64,000 nt of DNA, from positions 51,232,048 to 51,296,047 of the forward strand of contig NC_083409.1 in the NCBI RefSeq assembly GCF_020745735.1, given 5' to 3'. A program made the translations under genes and the position numbers. Source of the DNA: Hemiscyllium ocellatum. Taxonomy: Eukaryota. Below the pieces are notes generated by a model, which made no database searches, had not been told where the DNA came from, and was given only the letters and a program-made list of their open reading frames with translations. The number at the start of each line of letters is the position of its first letter. The stretch's first letter is position 1. Below, piece by piece: positions 36,019-48,420 of the stretch.

Positions 36019-38480
36019 ATAAAGGAGCAGAATTAGGCCATTCAGTCTACTGAGTCTGCTTTGTTATTTGATCATGGCTAAAGAACCTGTCGCTGTCTTA
36101 AATACACTCAATGACTTGGCCTCCGCAGTCTTCTGTGGCAATGGGTTCCACAGATTCATCACCCTCTGGCTGAAGAAAGTCCTCCTCATCTCATTCTTAA
36201 GGGTTATCCCTTCACTCTGAGGCTGTGCCATGGGTTCTAGACTCTCCTATTAGTGGAAATATTTTCTCATGTCTGGTCTATCAGGCCTCTCAGTATTCTA
36301 TAAATTTCAATCAGATTTGCCACATCCTTCTAAACTCCATTGAGTACAGACCAAGAGTCCTCAATCACTTCTCATATGACAAGCTTTTCATTCCCAGGAT
36401 CATTCTCGTAAACCTCCTCTGGACCCCCTCCAATGCCAGCACATCCTTCCTTAGGGACCTAACATTTTTCACAATATTCCAAATGTGGTCTAACCAGAGC
36501 CTTATACAGCCTCAGTAGTATATTCCTGCTCCTTCATTTTAGCCCTCCTGAAATCAATGCTAACATTGCATTTGCCTTCCTAACTGCATGTTAACCTTAA
36601 GAGAATCCTGAGCTAGAACTCCCAAGTCCCTTTGTGCTTCAGTTTTCCTCATTTAGAAAATAGTTTATACCTCTATTTTACCTACCACAGTGCATAACCT
36701 TACACTTTTCCAGATTATATTCCATCTGCTATTTCTTTTCCCACTCTCCTAACCTGTCCAAGACCCTCTGCTGTTTCTCTGCTTCCTCAACACGATCTGC
36801 CCATCCACCTACCATTGTGTCAGATGCAAACTTAGCAAGAATAACCTAAGTTCCTTCGTCCAGATTGTTAATGTATTAAATGAATAGTTGTGGTCCCAAC
36901 ATGCGGAACTCAATGAGGCATTGGCTGTCATCCTGAAAATGACCCCCTTATTCCTGCTGTATGTCTTCTGCCAGTCAACCAATTCTCCATTCATGCCAGT
37001 ATCTGACCCCTTGCACCATGTTCTCTTCTCTTTATAGTGGCATCCTTCTCATAGGCCTCTGGAAATCCAAATAGATCATGTCTACTGGCTGTCCTTTGTC
37101 TAACTTGCTCATTAGCTCCTCAAAAAAATTCAACAGATTTGTCAGGCCTTATTTCCTCTTGACAAAGCCCTATTTTACCATGCACTTCCAAGTATTCTGC
37201 AATCTCATCCTTAGTGATGGATTCTAAAATCTTATTAACGACTGAGGTCAGGCCTATAATTTCTTGTCTTCTGCCTCCTTCCCTTCTCAAACAGGGGTGT
37301 TACATTTGGCATCTTCCAGTCTTCTGTCACCCTCATTGACTCCAATGATTCCTGAAAGAACACCATCGGTGTCTCCACAATCTCCTGAGTTATCACCTTC
37401 AGAACTTTGGGATGTAGTCCACCCAGTCCATGTGATTTATCTATCTTCAGACATTTCAGATTACCTACCACCTTCTCCTTAGTGATGGTCACTATACTCA
37501 ACTCTGACCTCTGACTCTCTTGAAGTTCTAGTATGCTACTCTGGTGTCTTCCACTGTGAAAACTGATGCAAACTACTTAATCCATTCCTCTGCTATTTCT
37601 TTGTTCCTTATTATTACTTCTCCAGCCTCATTTTCCAGCAGTCCAATGTCCAACCTTGTCTCTCTCTTCCTTTTTACACATTTAATAAAAGCTTGCAATC
37701 TTCTATTATATTATTATTAACTCACTTACTCTCATACTTAATTTTCTTCCCCTTATTGCTTTTTCATTATTTTCGGCTAGTTTTCAAAGGCTTCTGAATC
37801 CTCTGGCTTTCCACGAATCTTCACCACATTCTATGCTATCTGTTTTGTTTTTATGCTGTCCCTGAGTTCCCTTGTTAGCCACGATAACCTCTTTCTCCGC
37901 TTAGTATGTCTCTTCTTCCTTGTGATAAACTTCTGCTGTGCCTCCTGAATTACCTCCAGAAACTCCTGCCATTGCTGCTCAACTGTCTTGCTGCGGGGCT
38001 CCCTTCCTTCCAATCTACTCTGGCCAGCTTGTCTCTCACGTCTTTGTGGTTACCTTTATTCAATTATAATACTATGACATCTTGATTCCAGTGCATCCTT
38101 CTCAAACTGGAGGGTGAATTCTATCATACTATGGTCACTGCCCCCTCGAGGGGCTCCTTCACCTTAAGCTCCCTAATCAGTCTGCCTCATTACTCATCAT
38201 TAAATCCAGAATTGCCTGTTCCCTAGTGGGCTCTACCACAACCTGCTCCAAAAAACCATCTTGTAAACATTCCACAAATTCCTTTTCTTGACATCTGTTA
38301 CCAACCTGATTTTTCCCAGTCCACCTGCATTTTGAATGATTTTTGTAACAGTGCCTTTCTTACATGCCTTTTCTCTCTTCTGATTTATTTTCTTCCTCAC
38401 ATCCTGACTACTGCTAGGAGGCTTGTGCACAATTCCAATCAGCTTCTTTTTACCTTTGCAGTTCCTTAACTCTACCGACT
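36019..38480 (-). mobile_element. Long CR1 LINE ORF2 remnant (~2.4 kb, EN to RT to 3' end)
   Basis: Minus-strand peptides KCLKIDKSHGLGGLHPKVLK...EDWKMPNVTPLFEKG...NYRP and VEQQWQEFLEVIQEAQQKFI...SWLTRELRDSIK. Its tail continues at 35684-35700 on the other side of the V-SINE. Confidence 0.92.
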
Positions 38481-38715
38481 ACATCACTTCTTGCTACTGG
38501 ATAAGAACATGGCACAAAAAAGTGATTCCAAGGTAGATGATCATCTGAAAAGTAAAATTTAGGGTTAGCAAAACATGCTAATGCATATATTGCCTTATTC
38601 TAATTCATTGTATTCTGTTCTCTTATATGAACTCAAGATAGTTCAGCCTAATAACGAATCTAAAATCAATGTCGTGTTTTTTCTACAATTCACTTATTCT
38701 TTCACCACTTAACCA

Positions 38716-39022
38716 TGTTTGGCACTGCTGCCTCACAGTGCCAAAGATCAAGGTTCAACGCCAGCCTTGGGCGACTGTGTGTGTGGCGTTTGCACATTCT
38801 CCCAGTGTTTTCTGGATTTCCAACAAGTGCTCCCATTTTCTCCCACAGAAAGATGTGTTGGATGAGTGGGTTGGCCACACTAAATTTCCCTATAGGGTGC
38901 TTGCTAGGTTGGTTAACTGCAGTAAATGTAAACTTACAGGGATAGGGTGGGATGCTCTTTGGAGGGTCGTTTCAGACTTGATAAGCCAAATGGCCTCTAT
39001 TGTCACTGTGGGGATTCTATGA
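38716..39022 (+). mobile_element. V-SINE, diverged
   Basis: gcactgctgcctcacagtgcc...gtttgcacattctccc...tggccacactaaatt...gggattctatgatt. Confidence 0.85.
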
Positions 39023-39550
39023 TTATATAAATAAATGAGTCTATTTAATAAAACTTTTCCAAGTCTGAAGTAATTTTGTTCAAACCCCATTTAAAGGGAA
39101 GAAGGGCCCCACAAAAGCAGGAGATTAAAATGAATATATCAAATAGTTAACTGAACACATTGTAAATCTAATTACCCAACTAGGTAATTGAAAGCACCCT
39201 ATAAGGGAAGGCAGAGAGTAATGGCTAACATATAAATAATGATCATCCATCTTGAACTTCACCCCCGTGTAGGGATTTTACTGTTTAGTGTTACAAGCAA
39301 ACATCAAATGACACAAGGCTAAATCTATATTGCTTTGTCTAAGTGTGAGTGTGTTGAGTATTTTTGAAGGGTTTTCAATACAAGGCCAAGAAAGTTTTCT
39401 TACTGTATCTTGTTAAGTGTGTTAACTAACTACCCAGCCACTAGCATTCCACCCACCCCCCCCACACCCCCCACACCCCCCCATCAATGCCCCCATCATC
39501 TGATTCTAGCTCCACCTTACCATGCGCCATTCTGGAACCAAGAAGCACGA

Positions 39551-39700
39551 GGAGAAAGTGAGGACTGCAGTTGCTAGAGATCAGAGTTGAGAGTGTGACA
39601 GTTCATCATTCCTGATGAAGGGCTTATGCCCAAAACATCGATTCTCCTGCTCCTCAAATGCTGCCTGACCTGCTGCGCTTTTCCAGCACCACACTCTCAA
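39551..39700 (+). mobile_element. Penelope-derived insert (partly deleted fold-back) with hammerhead-like core
   Basis: ggagaaagtgaggactgcag...; CTGATGA-A-GGGC-TTAT-GCCC-AAAAC at 39612-39636; short inverted arms ttgagagtgtg / cacactctcaa. Confidence 0.8.
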
Positions 39701-40039
39701 ACCTGGATCAGTGTAGGCTCAGCCATTGAAGGAATACAGAACATGACCATCTCCACTCCACCAGTGAAATTGCAACCATCTTCTCTTCAATTCCTCACAC
39801 TTAATCTTTATCTGCTATTCTACTCACCACCCTTCCCCCTCCAAGGCTCATGGTTTACCACACTGAATATTGCCTGTAACATCTTCTCACTTGCACTCAT
39901 CCACCTCAAACCCCAACAGTACTGGCCCTGCCTGCTCTCTGTGCCCACTCACTTGCTTGGGACACCTCTTTACCTGTACCAATGGTAATGGCTATTCCAC
40001 ATATTATTATCTCCCATATTGTTTGCCTCGCTTTTATTC

Positions 40040-40120
40040 AAGGAGGAAGGCAGCCCACAATAAATCATAGAGTCAAGACAGGTGGTGGGCTGCATGACAT
40101 TTGGTTCCTCACCTTTTATG
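40040..40120 (+). pseudogene. Decayed Myb/SANT-like (Harbinger accessory gene) exon
   Basis: KAAHNKS*, then after a frameshift KTGGGLHDIWFLTFY. This resembles the K.AHN....KTGGG......LT.. segment of Harbinger-type Myb/SANT proteins. Confidence 0.45.
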
Positions 40121-41890
40121 TGGGAAGCATCTTCACTCTAACCACCCCAAGCAGCTAACTAACTGTGTCTAAGCTCCTAGACTGGAATTGGAGGCTGCCC
40201 TTGACTTCCAGTGTTGGCACCCTCTGAACGAAGGCTATCTCCATTGACTTGACTGAAGTTTGCAGGCAATTAAGACAAGCTTTCTGGCTTTGTGTTTGTA
40301 TTAAACAGCAAGGTAAGACAGATGTAATGTGAGCTTGGTAACTCTAGCTGCGAGGTAAAATACTAAAAAAATCAAAGATGCTGTAAGCATCCAAGTAAAC
40401 TCAGAATACATGAATGCATGACAACAAGTGAAGAGACCAGGGATGCAGTCAGGTCCGGTTAGTGAGCTTGTTTCATATCCCTGAGTGTACAGTATTCTGC
40501 AGTAGCATTACAGCCCAAGGTCCAGTGTTAAATTGCAGAATTGTCAAATGCCAATGTCAAATGCATGTAACTGGTACACAGGGAGCATGTCCTGCGATGC
40601 TGGTGCTCAGTGTCCAACAGTGAAGGTCCTTTGGAGCAAGTGGTGAGCTGAAGTCACCAGATATCTACGATTATTCTCAACATCTAGCTTGTCCGATGCA
40701 TTTCGTAAGATAGAAAGCTGAATATTAATGAATCATGTTGTGCAATTAATAGGATGTTAAACAGGCTATAATCCACATTAATTGGTAATTAACTGCTGCC
40801 TATTGAAAAACCTTTCTTACTGCTTGGCAAACAATTTGAGCAATGACATTAAATAAAGATTTTTCTAAAACTGGGTAGGCTCCTGTGTAAATGGATGTAA
40901 ATTGAGATTGTGATGAGTCATGGATACTATCTGTACCTGGAGTTTGATTATTGCAGGATGCCAGATACTGATTTTCTGGATATTCGTGACAAGGTCAGTA
41001 GTTTCTCTGTTTTTTACTACCTCCCAGAAGACAAATCTGCTAATGGATAAGTGGGAAGTGTGTAAAAGTATAATGGTAATTAGGTGGGAAAGGCTTTAGA
41101 ATATTATTAGTCTTTATTTGCCCTTTTTATATGTTCATGTGGGATGTAAGATGTATGATTTACATAAATATAGATATTATAATTATTTTTAAATCTGAAC
41201 ACATAGGTTTTCTTGTGTCTGAATGTTTTATCTGTAAGTATTTCTGTAGCTATGGAGATGTCTTTTAAAACATAGGTTGAGAGAGATAGTTTTGGAGGCA
41301 TGATGAATTTCTTTACACTGGGAAAGTTACAAGTGAATAAAGTGCACTGTGTAGGCATTAAGCTCTCTGATAGAAGATTCTGAATTTTGGGAAGTTTAGG
41401 AGAAATAGCTAGAACTTGGAAAGTAGCTTTTTAGTTTCATTTTAAGGTTGTTCTGCAGGGTACTTAGCTGAAGCTGAATATGCAACAAAGTTGCAGCTGA
41501 AGAAGAGAGAGAAGATAATTTACAATTGCCTAAAAATAAATTACCTCAGCATAAGGCATTTAGTTTACATGTTCCAGACTGGAAGTCTTTCATTAAAACT
41601 TCAGGGGGTGTGGTTATTTGAAGTTGAGAAAGGCTAAGTCCATTGTAGGATGAATCAAAGTCGATGTGATCAGATTTTCATGATTGGGAATTGAAGACAC
41701 AGTGTGGGATAGAGAAGGATGATCTTTCTCTGTAATTCAAATTACAGGTATTTGAATTCTGTAATGGGAATGCTATTGGGATTAATGTCTTTACCGTCTA
41801 CTATAAATTCTTTAAATATGTGTTATACATAAATAGTATGGTTTATTCAATTTTATCTTAATTTCTTCTGCCAAGCAAACTTCTGTTCTT

Positions 41891-42586
41891 TTTAATGTGT
41901 TCATTTGGGATGTGGATGTACAGAAGGCTTTCTCTTTGCCAGATTATCAAAACATTTATCGTCTATCTGTAATTGTCCAAAGGGCAGTTAAGAGTCACCC
42001 ACATAGCTGTGCGGGTCTGGAGTCACATGTAAGCCAGACCAAGTAAGAATGGCAGTTGCTTTTCCTAAAAGACATCAGTAAACCAGATAAGTTTTTCTGG
42101 ACAATCGATTCATGGTCTTCAATAGACTTTTATTTTGAGATTTGGCATGGTGGGCAGCACGGTGGCACAGTGGTTAGCACTGCTGCCTCACAGCGTCAGA
42201 GACCCGGGTTCAATTCCCGCCTCAGGCGACTGACTGTGTGGCGTTTGCACGTTCTCCCCATGTCTGCGTGGGTTTCCTCCGGGTGCTCCGGTTTCCTCCC
42301 ACAGTCACAAAGATGTGCGGGTCAGGTGAATTGGCCATGCTAAATTGCCCGTAGTGTTAGGTAATGGGTAAATGTAGGGGTATGGGTGGGTTGCGCTTCG
42401 GCGGGTCGGTGTGGACTTGTTGGGCCGAAGGGCCTGTTTCCACATGTAAGTAAGCTAATCTAATCTAATTTTTATTGAATTCAAATTGCACCATCTGCCA
42501 TGGCAGGATTCAAACTGGGTCAACTGAACATGACCAGGGTCTTTGGATTCACAGTCCAGCAATAATACCACTGGGCCACTGCCTCC
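41891..42586 (-). mobile_element. tRNA-derived SINE split by a V-SINE insertion
   Basis: The halves at 41891-42143 and 42470-42586 join into the consensus seen uninterrupted at 2160-2497 and 11126-11460. Confidence 0.85.
42152..42469 (+). mobile_element. Full-length V-SINE (HE1-like), young
   Basis: Nearly identical to 35703-36018, with intact A and B boxes and a (TAATC)n tail. Confidence 0.95.
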
Positions 42587-43473
42587 TTGAAGAACTCACC
42601 CACACAAAGGTTTGGCATGACAAGCTACCAGCACATGTGGCTACAGGGGGATTTGAATCCACGTTCCCATAGACACTAGAGCCTAATCTAATGCCTTAGA
42701 CCGCTCAGCTACCATGTTTATTATTAAACCTGTATCTGAAACACTGTGTATTAGTGTTTCAATGAAAGACCATCTCATTAAAAATAAAGAAAAATCAAAA
42801 TATGATCTATTAAGCCATTTCATTTTGGGATCTGAATCATCTAGTAATAATATCAGGTAGAATCCTGACATATAAAACATGGATCTTAAGGTTAGGATTT
42901 GTGCACAGAAAGTGTTTTTTTTTTGCCAGGTCATCAAAGCTCTCTGAAGTTGCAAATGAGACAGGTTGATGCTACATAGACTGAAGGACATTTCTAATCA
43001 TGTATTATGTCAGCCTCCCAACTCCTACTCTAAGCTATCCCATTTGAAAAAGTTCCAGGAACACCAGTGAAAACATCTGGCCTTGAGGATTATGAGAACT
43101 AACTGAGAGATACTGGTTCATGGGCAGGTCTCTAACAAGTAAGAATAATTAAGCAATTTATTGCTGGAGGGAGGCTAGTGTGGCAAGGCCTCTGATAAAA
43201 GATTCTGAATTTGGGGGAATGTAGGAGAAACAGCCAGTGTTTGGAAAATAGATTTTCAGTTTCAGTTTAAGGTAGTTCTGTAGGGTTTTTGGCTGAAGCT
43301 GAATATATATTAAAGTTGCACCTGAAAAAGGGAGAAGATAATTTAAAATTGGTAAAAATAGGATATCTTTGTTTACAGATTCCAGGCCTGAAATCTTTCT
43401 GAGGGTGTTATTTGAAAGGTGGTAAGGAAAAGCCTGCAGACCGGTGAGCATGATGTCAGTGGTGGGTAAGTTA

Positions 43474-43707
43474 TCATAGAATCCTTACAGTGTGAAAACA
43501 GGCCATTTGGCCCAACAAGTCCACACCGACCCTCTGAGGAGTAACCAATCCAGACCCATTCTCCTACCCTACTACTCTACATTTCTCCTGACTAATGCAC
43601 CTAACCTATACATCCCGGGACACTATGGGCAACTTAACATGGCTAATTCACCTAACCTGCACATTTTTGCATTGCGGGAGGAAATCGGAGCACCTGGAGG
43701 AAACCCA
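43474..43707 (-). mobile_element. V-SINE 3' half
   Basis: tcatagaatccttacagtgtgaaaacaggccatttggcccaacaagtccacaccgacc...ggaggaaaccca. Confidence 0.9.
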
Positions 43708-43714
43708 AGTTATT

Positions 43715-44997
43715 AGAAAGGCAAACACTGATTGAGGATAGTCAACATGGCTTTGTACTTGGGAAATTGTGTATCACTAACTTGATTGAGTTTCGTGAAG
43801 AAGTGACAAAGAAGATTGATAAAGGCAGTGTGGTAGAGGTTGTTTAAGTGGACTTCAGTAAGGCATTTGGCAAGGGTCCACAAGGCAGACTGGTTAGCAA
43901 GGTTAGATCACATGGAATCTAAGGAGAGCTAGCCAATTGGATATAAAATTGGCTTGAAGGTGGGAGTCAGAGGGTGGTGGGAGAGGATTGCTTTTAAGGC
44001 TGGAGGTCTCTGTTCAGCAGTGTGCCACAAAGATTGGTGTTGGGTCCACTGCTTTTCATCATTTACATAAATGATTTACATGTTAGATGCATGAGGTATG
44101 GTTAGTACGTTTGCAGATGACACCAAAATTGATGGTGTAGTGGACGGTGAAAAAGGCCATCTAAGAGTACAATGAGACCTCGATGAGATGAGCCAACTGA
44201 CCAAGGTAGATGGGGTTTAATGTAGATAAATGTGAAGTGTTGACTTTTGGTATAGCACCCATGGCAGGACTTATACAGTTAATGGTAGGATCCTAGTGAA
44301 TGTTGACAAAGAGACCTAGGGGTGCAGGTGCATAGTTCCTTGAAAGTGGAATCACAAGTAGATGAAGAAGGCATTTGGCATGCTTGTTTCAGTGGTCAGT
44401 GCATTGAGTGTAGGAGGTGGGACGTCATGTTGAGGCTGTACAGTCATTGAGGCCACTTTTAGAATACTTAATTCTGGACTCCCTGCTATAGGAAATATGG
44501 TATTAAACTTGAAAGAGTTCAGAAAAGACTTACAAGGTTGTTGCTGGGATTGGAGGGTTTAAGCTCTAAGGAGAGGCTGAATAGGCGGGGGCATTTTCCC
44601 TGGAGTGCGAAAGGCTGAGAGGTAACGTCATAGAGGTTTATAAAATCATGACGGGCTTGGACAGGGTGAATAGCAAGAGTAGTCCAAAACTAGAGGACAT
44701 ATGTTCAAGGTGAGAAGGGAATGATTTAAAAGGAACGTGATGGGTAACGTTTTCATACAGAGGGTGTTTTATGTATGGTATGAGCTGTCAGAGGAAGTAT
44801 TAAAAGTGGATACAATTACAACATTCAAAAGGCATCTGGGTGGGTACATGATTAGGAATGGTTTCAGAGAATATGGGCCAAACGCTTGCAAATGGGACTA
44901 GATCAGTTTACGATATCTGGTCGGTGCGGATGAGTTGAACCAAAGGGACTGTTTCCATCGTGTATAACTCTATGATTATGACTATGACTATGACTCT
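43715..44997 (+). mobile_element. CR1 LINE RT to 3' end (~1.3 kb)
   Basis: SQHGFV.GK, DFSKAFGK, VPQ..VLGPLLF, FADDTKI; tail (atgact)n. Confidence 0.92.
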
Positions 44998-45744
44998 AAC
45001 TTTAAGACTATGACTAACCCATTGAGATTCCAACCATTGTACAATTTCACAGAGAATTTCACTCACTTTTGTATTTTATTAGTATTGTTCTTTCAGAGCT
45101 ATCTTCACAAAAAAAATAATTGCACATGGAAACAAGCATAACTCAAATGCACACTTGTGTGAAATCTCAAGGCTAAGCAAGGAGTGGAATAGTGGCTCTG
45201 TTAAGGGTGGATTCTCAAACCTGGGCTGCCTAAGCCTGTAATACTTTGCCTGAATTTGTTCTTTATTCAGCTTCAGTTTAGTCTGGGGCTCAACCACAAA
45301 TTCCCAATGCTCTAATGGCTATAAACTTCAAAGCCCTTTGACTTTGTCAAATTAAAGACCTTAGATGCAGACATTGCAGAATCTGCTGAGTTTGCTTTTG
45401 CTGCCCTCCATTATTCTTAATTTGAGAACCAGGATTTGGAAATTATTCTGTCGTATGTTTTCAACAGAGCACAAGTTAAAAGCACAATGTGGGAACCAAA
45501 GCAGTCTTCTCCTTTTCTTGCTCATAAATTTATTCTGTCGACTTGTTTGAGGAATTTTCAATGTAGATTTTAGCAGCTGTTCCACTCCCTCAGGGGCATC
45601 ACACAGATCCTGTTGTGCACTTTACAATTTGCCAAATAGCTTTAACAGCTTTAAAGCCCTTTCCTCTATCCTAACCTTCTTCTCTGTTCAAATAAAATAA
45701 TTTCTAATGCTAACTTGAAAGCTAATTGAAATGGTAAATTGAAG

Positions 45745-46115
45745 ATGTTTTTTCAGTGGAGCATGGGAGTTTGAGGGATGATCTTATAGAGGTTAATAGA
45801 ATTATGAGGGGCATAGATAAAGTGAATAGCAAAGGCCTTTTTCCTAAGGTGGGGGAGTTCAAATCTAGGAGCATATTTTGAAGGTGGGAGGAGAAAGATT
45901 TAAAAACGACATGGGGGCAACGTTTTTACATAGTGTGTGGAATGAATGCCGGAGGAAGTGTTGAACGCAGATATAGTTACAATGTTTAAAAAGACATTTG
46001 GATAAATACGTGAATAGGAAAGATTTGGAGGGATATGGGCCAAACGCAGGCATGTGGGATTAGTTTAGTTTGGGAACATGGTCAGCGTGGTTGTCTGTTT
46101 CCATGCTGTATGACT
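45745..46115 (+). mobile_element. CR1 3' end
   Basis: gagggatgatcttatagaggtt...tctgtttccatgctgtatgact. Confidence 0.88.
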
Positions 46116-47154
46116 GTATGTTTGGATCATGTAAGTATCATGTAAAGAGTCAATTCTTAAACTACTTCTCGATTTTCTAGTGTCAAATTCAAATTGGAAG
46201 CAGATCCAGATGTTTGGGAATAGAGAAAATATCCTAGAAAATCTTTGCAATTTCATAAAGCTGAAAGATTGGATCGAGCAATTTCTTTTAGCACGATAGT
46301 TTACTCTTATCTTTCCCATTGCCAAGTTTTTACACTCGGTCCACTAATTGGTTCAGCCATCCTAATTGTTGTTTTGCTGGAATGATAGGCTCTCATTTGT
46401 TTCTATAAAAGTTGCAATGGTCTAAATATATATATTCTTCACAGTATTCACAAAAATTCAAATTCAAATATTATCCATTATTTTAAAAATCTTGCTGAGT
46501 AACATAAAGTTCCTAAATTTTTTGATTTGTTTAAACATTACACATCTTTATCAGTTTTGCAGGGACTTGTAATGTGTGTTGATAACTGGAAAGGCTCAAT
46601 TGTTCAGTTCAGAATTTTGGATATTTAAGATCATAAGAAATAGGAGCAGAAGTAGCCATTTAGATTCATCCAATAAGTTATTGACTAATCTGTGCATTCT
46701 CTCTACTTCTCCAGCCATTCTTGTGGATATTTTGTCTAGTTATGTAATGTAAAGAAAATAACACACTGAAGTGTATTTACAGAAGTCTATCCCAAAGCTG
46801 TTTCATACTGAAATTTCCCAATGCATACAAGAATCTCTGCCGTTAAGTGAGCTCTAGCATGCATGTGCTGTGAGATAATCAGGATGCCCCCTAACAAGTT
46901 CCCTATTCATTAGGATATGTAATGCCAATAATTGGATTGTGTCAGAAGTAACACAATACCTGTTCTAATGAAGTTCAATGGAAACTTGAGAAATAGCATC
47001 TTATCTTTTGAACAGGCACCTTTTGAATTCAGCATCAAATTCAATAAATTCAGATCATGACCAGTCCTCTCTTTTTATTTGGACTACATATTAATTATTT
47101 TGTCCATCACTTACAGTTCTGGTTAAATGTCTAATTTTTCTAGCTTCAATGAAA

Positions 47155-47272
47155 TGTACATCTGAAATATTTCTGTTTCCCTCTCCACAGATGGGGCATG
47201 GCGTGCTGACTATTTCTAGCATTTTCTGTTTTTAATTCAAATTATTAGCATCTGTAGTATTTTGCTTTTATT
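47155..47272 (+). mobile_element. Penelope-like terminal fragment
   Basis: ctctccacagatg...gctgactatttctagcattttctgttttt...agcatctgtagtattttgctttt, similar to 1240-1340. Confidence 0.55.
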
Positions 47273-47273
47273 A

Positions 47274-47435
47274 CAGATTATATTGCCACTCGTGGAAAAT
47301 TCCGTGATAAATTGGCTACCTTGTTTCCTATGTTACAACAGTGACTAAGCTTATAACACATTTCATCAGTTGAAAAAGTCCTTTAGTTTATCCTGAGGTT
47401 ATGAGAGATGCTACATAAATGCAAATTCTATCTTC
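47274..47435 (+). mobile_element. Deu-domain SINE 3' part
   Basis: aaattggctacc..gtttcctatgttacaacagtgact...cctgaggttatgagagatgctacataaatgcaa. Confidence 0.75.
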
Positions 47436-48327
47436 CTTCATAAAAATAGAGCTGAACATCATTTTAGATGTTGATAGGTCACAGATTGCATGTGGAAGGA
47501 CAGATATTTTGAGTGTTGTGCTATTTAGGGCTAGAATTTGTGCAGTTTTTGGGAGGGGAATCATGTTTTATGACTGCGCACCTTGCCTTGGAGACAGACA
47601 GTACACAAACTTTGTGCTCAATCTTCTTTCCCCTGATTGTAGTTCTGGTCTTAATGGGGCTTGTATTGCTGGCTAGCTAAACACTCAACAGGGTGCAGAA
47701 CAATGTGTCCCGAAAGAATATTACGCAACCAGCCTTCTCTTATTAAAGACAGTACTGTATGTCCCTCTTAAAGGACGACTATACTGATTGATAGAATAAT
47801 GCTGCTGAATGTTAATGCTGCAATTCTGAAGAATGCAAATGGAATGTAGGCCAATTACAGGAATCCCAGGTTCATGCACCTTAGTTAAGGAGATGGACAG
47901 GAGGTGAAACACAATAGTTTTCTTGGGGCCCAGGAGGCCTTTAGATTCACAGCTAGCCAGATGAGGCAAGCTAATTCCTTGATGAGTGACTTCATGTTCA
48001 ATGTCAACTAAGCCTTTTCACATTATTTCTTTAACCTGCAATAGGCTTTTCATATTTTGCCAGTCAATTTTGTTAAGTTTCATGGAGGATTTCTTTCTGG
48101 AGGTATCAGTGACATTTCTTGCTATACCAGACCAAAATTGCCTCACTAACTAACATATCCTACCCTGTCGTTCCTCTCTCATCCAATGCTAGCCCATTTC
48201 CATGAAGTGCGATATCTGCAAGAACTTCCCATTAACTGTATATCCTGGGATTGATGCTGTATTGAAAAACCTGGAAAAACCCTGGCATTCTGAAGCTGTC
48301 CTGCTCAATAGCAGACTAATTTGAAGG

Positions 48328-48420
48328 ATGTCTGGCAAGGGGAAATTCTCCAGTGGGGACTTGGAAGTCCTGGTAAATGGGGAGCTGTCATGCAGAGGGG
48401 AGCTGTCTTCTTCCCACAAC
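48328..48420 (+). pseudogene. Decayed Myb/SANT-like N-terminus (Harbinger-type)
   Basis: MSGKGKFSSGDLEVLVNG, then after a shift VMQRGAVFFP. This resembles F(S)..(D/E)LE.LV..V......LF of Harbinger/MSANTD Myb domains. Confidence 0.4.
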
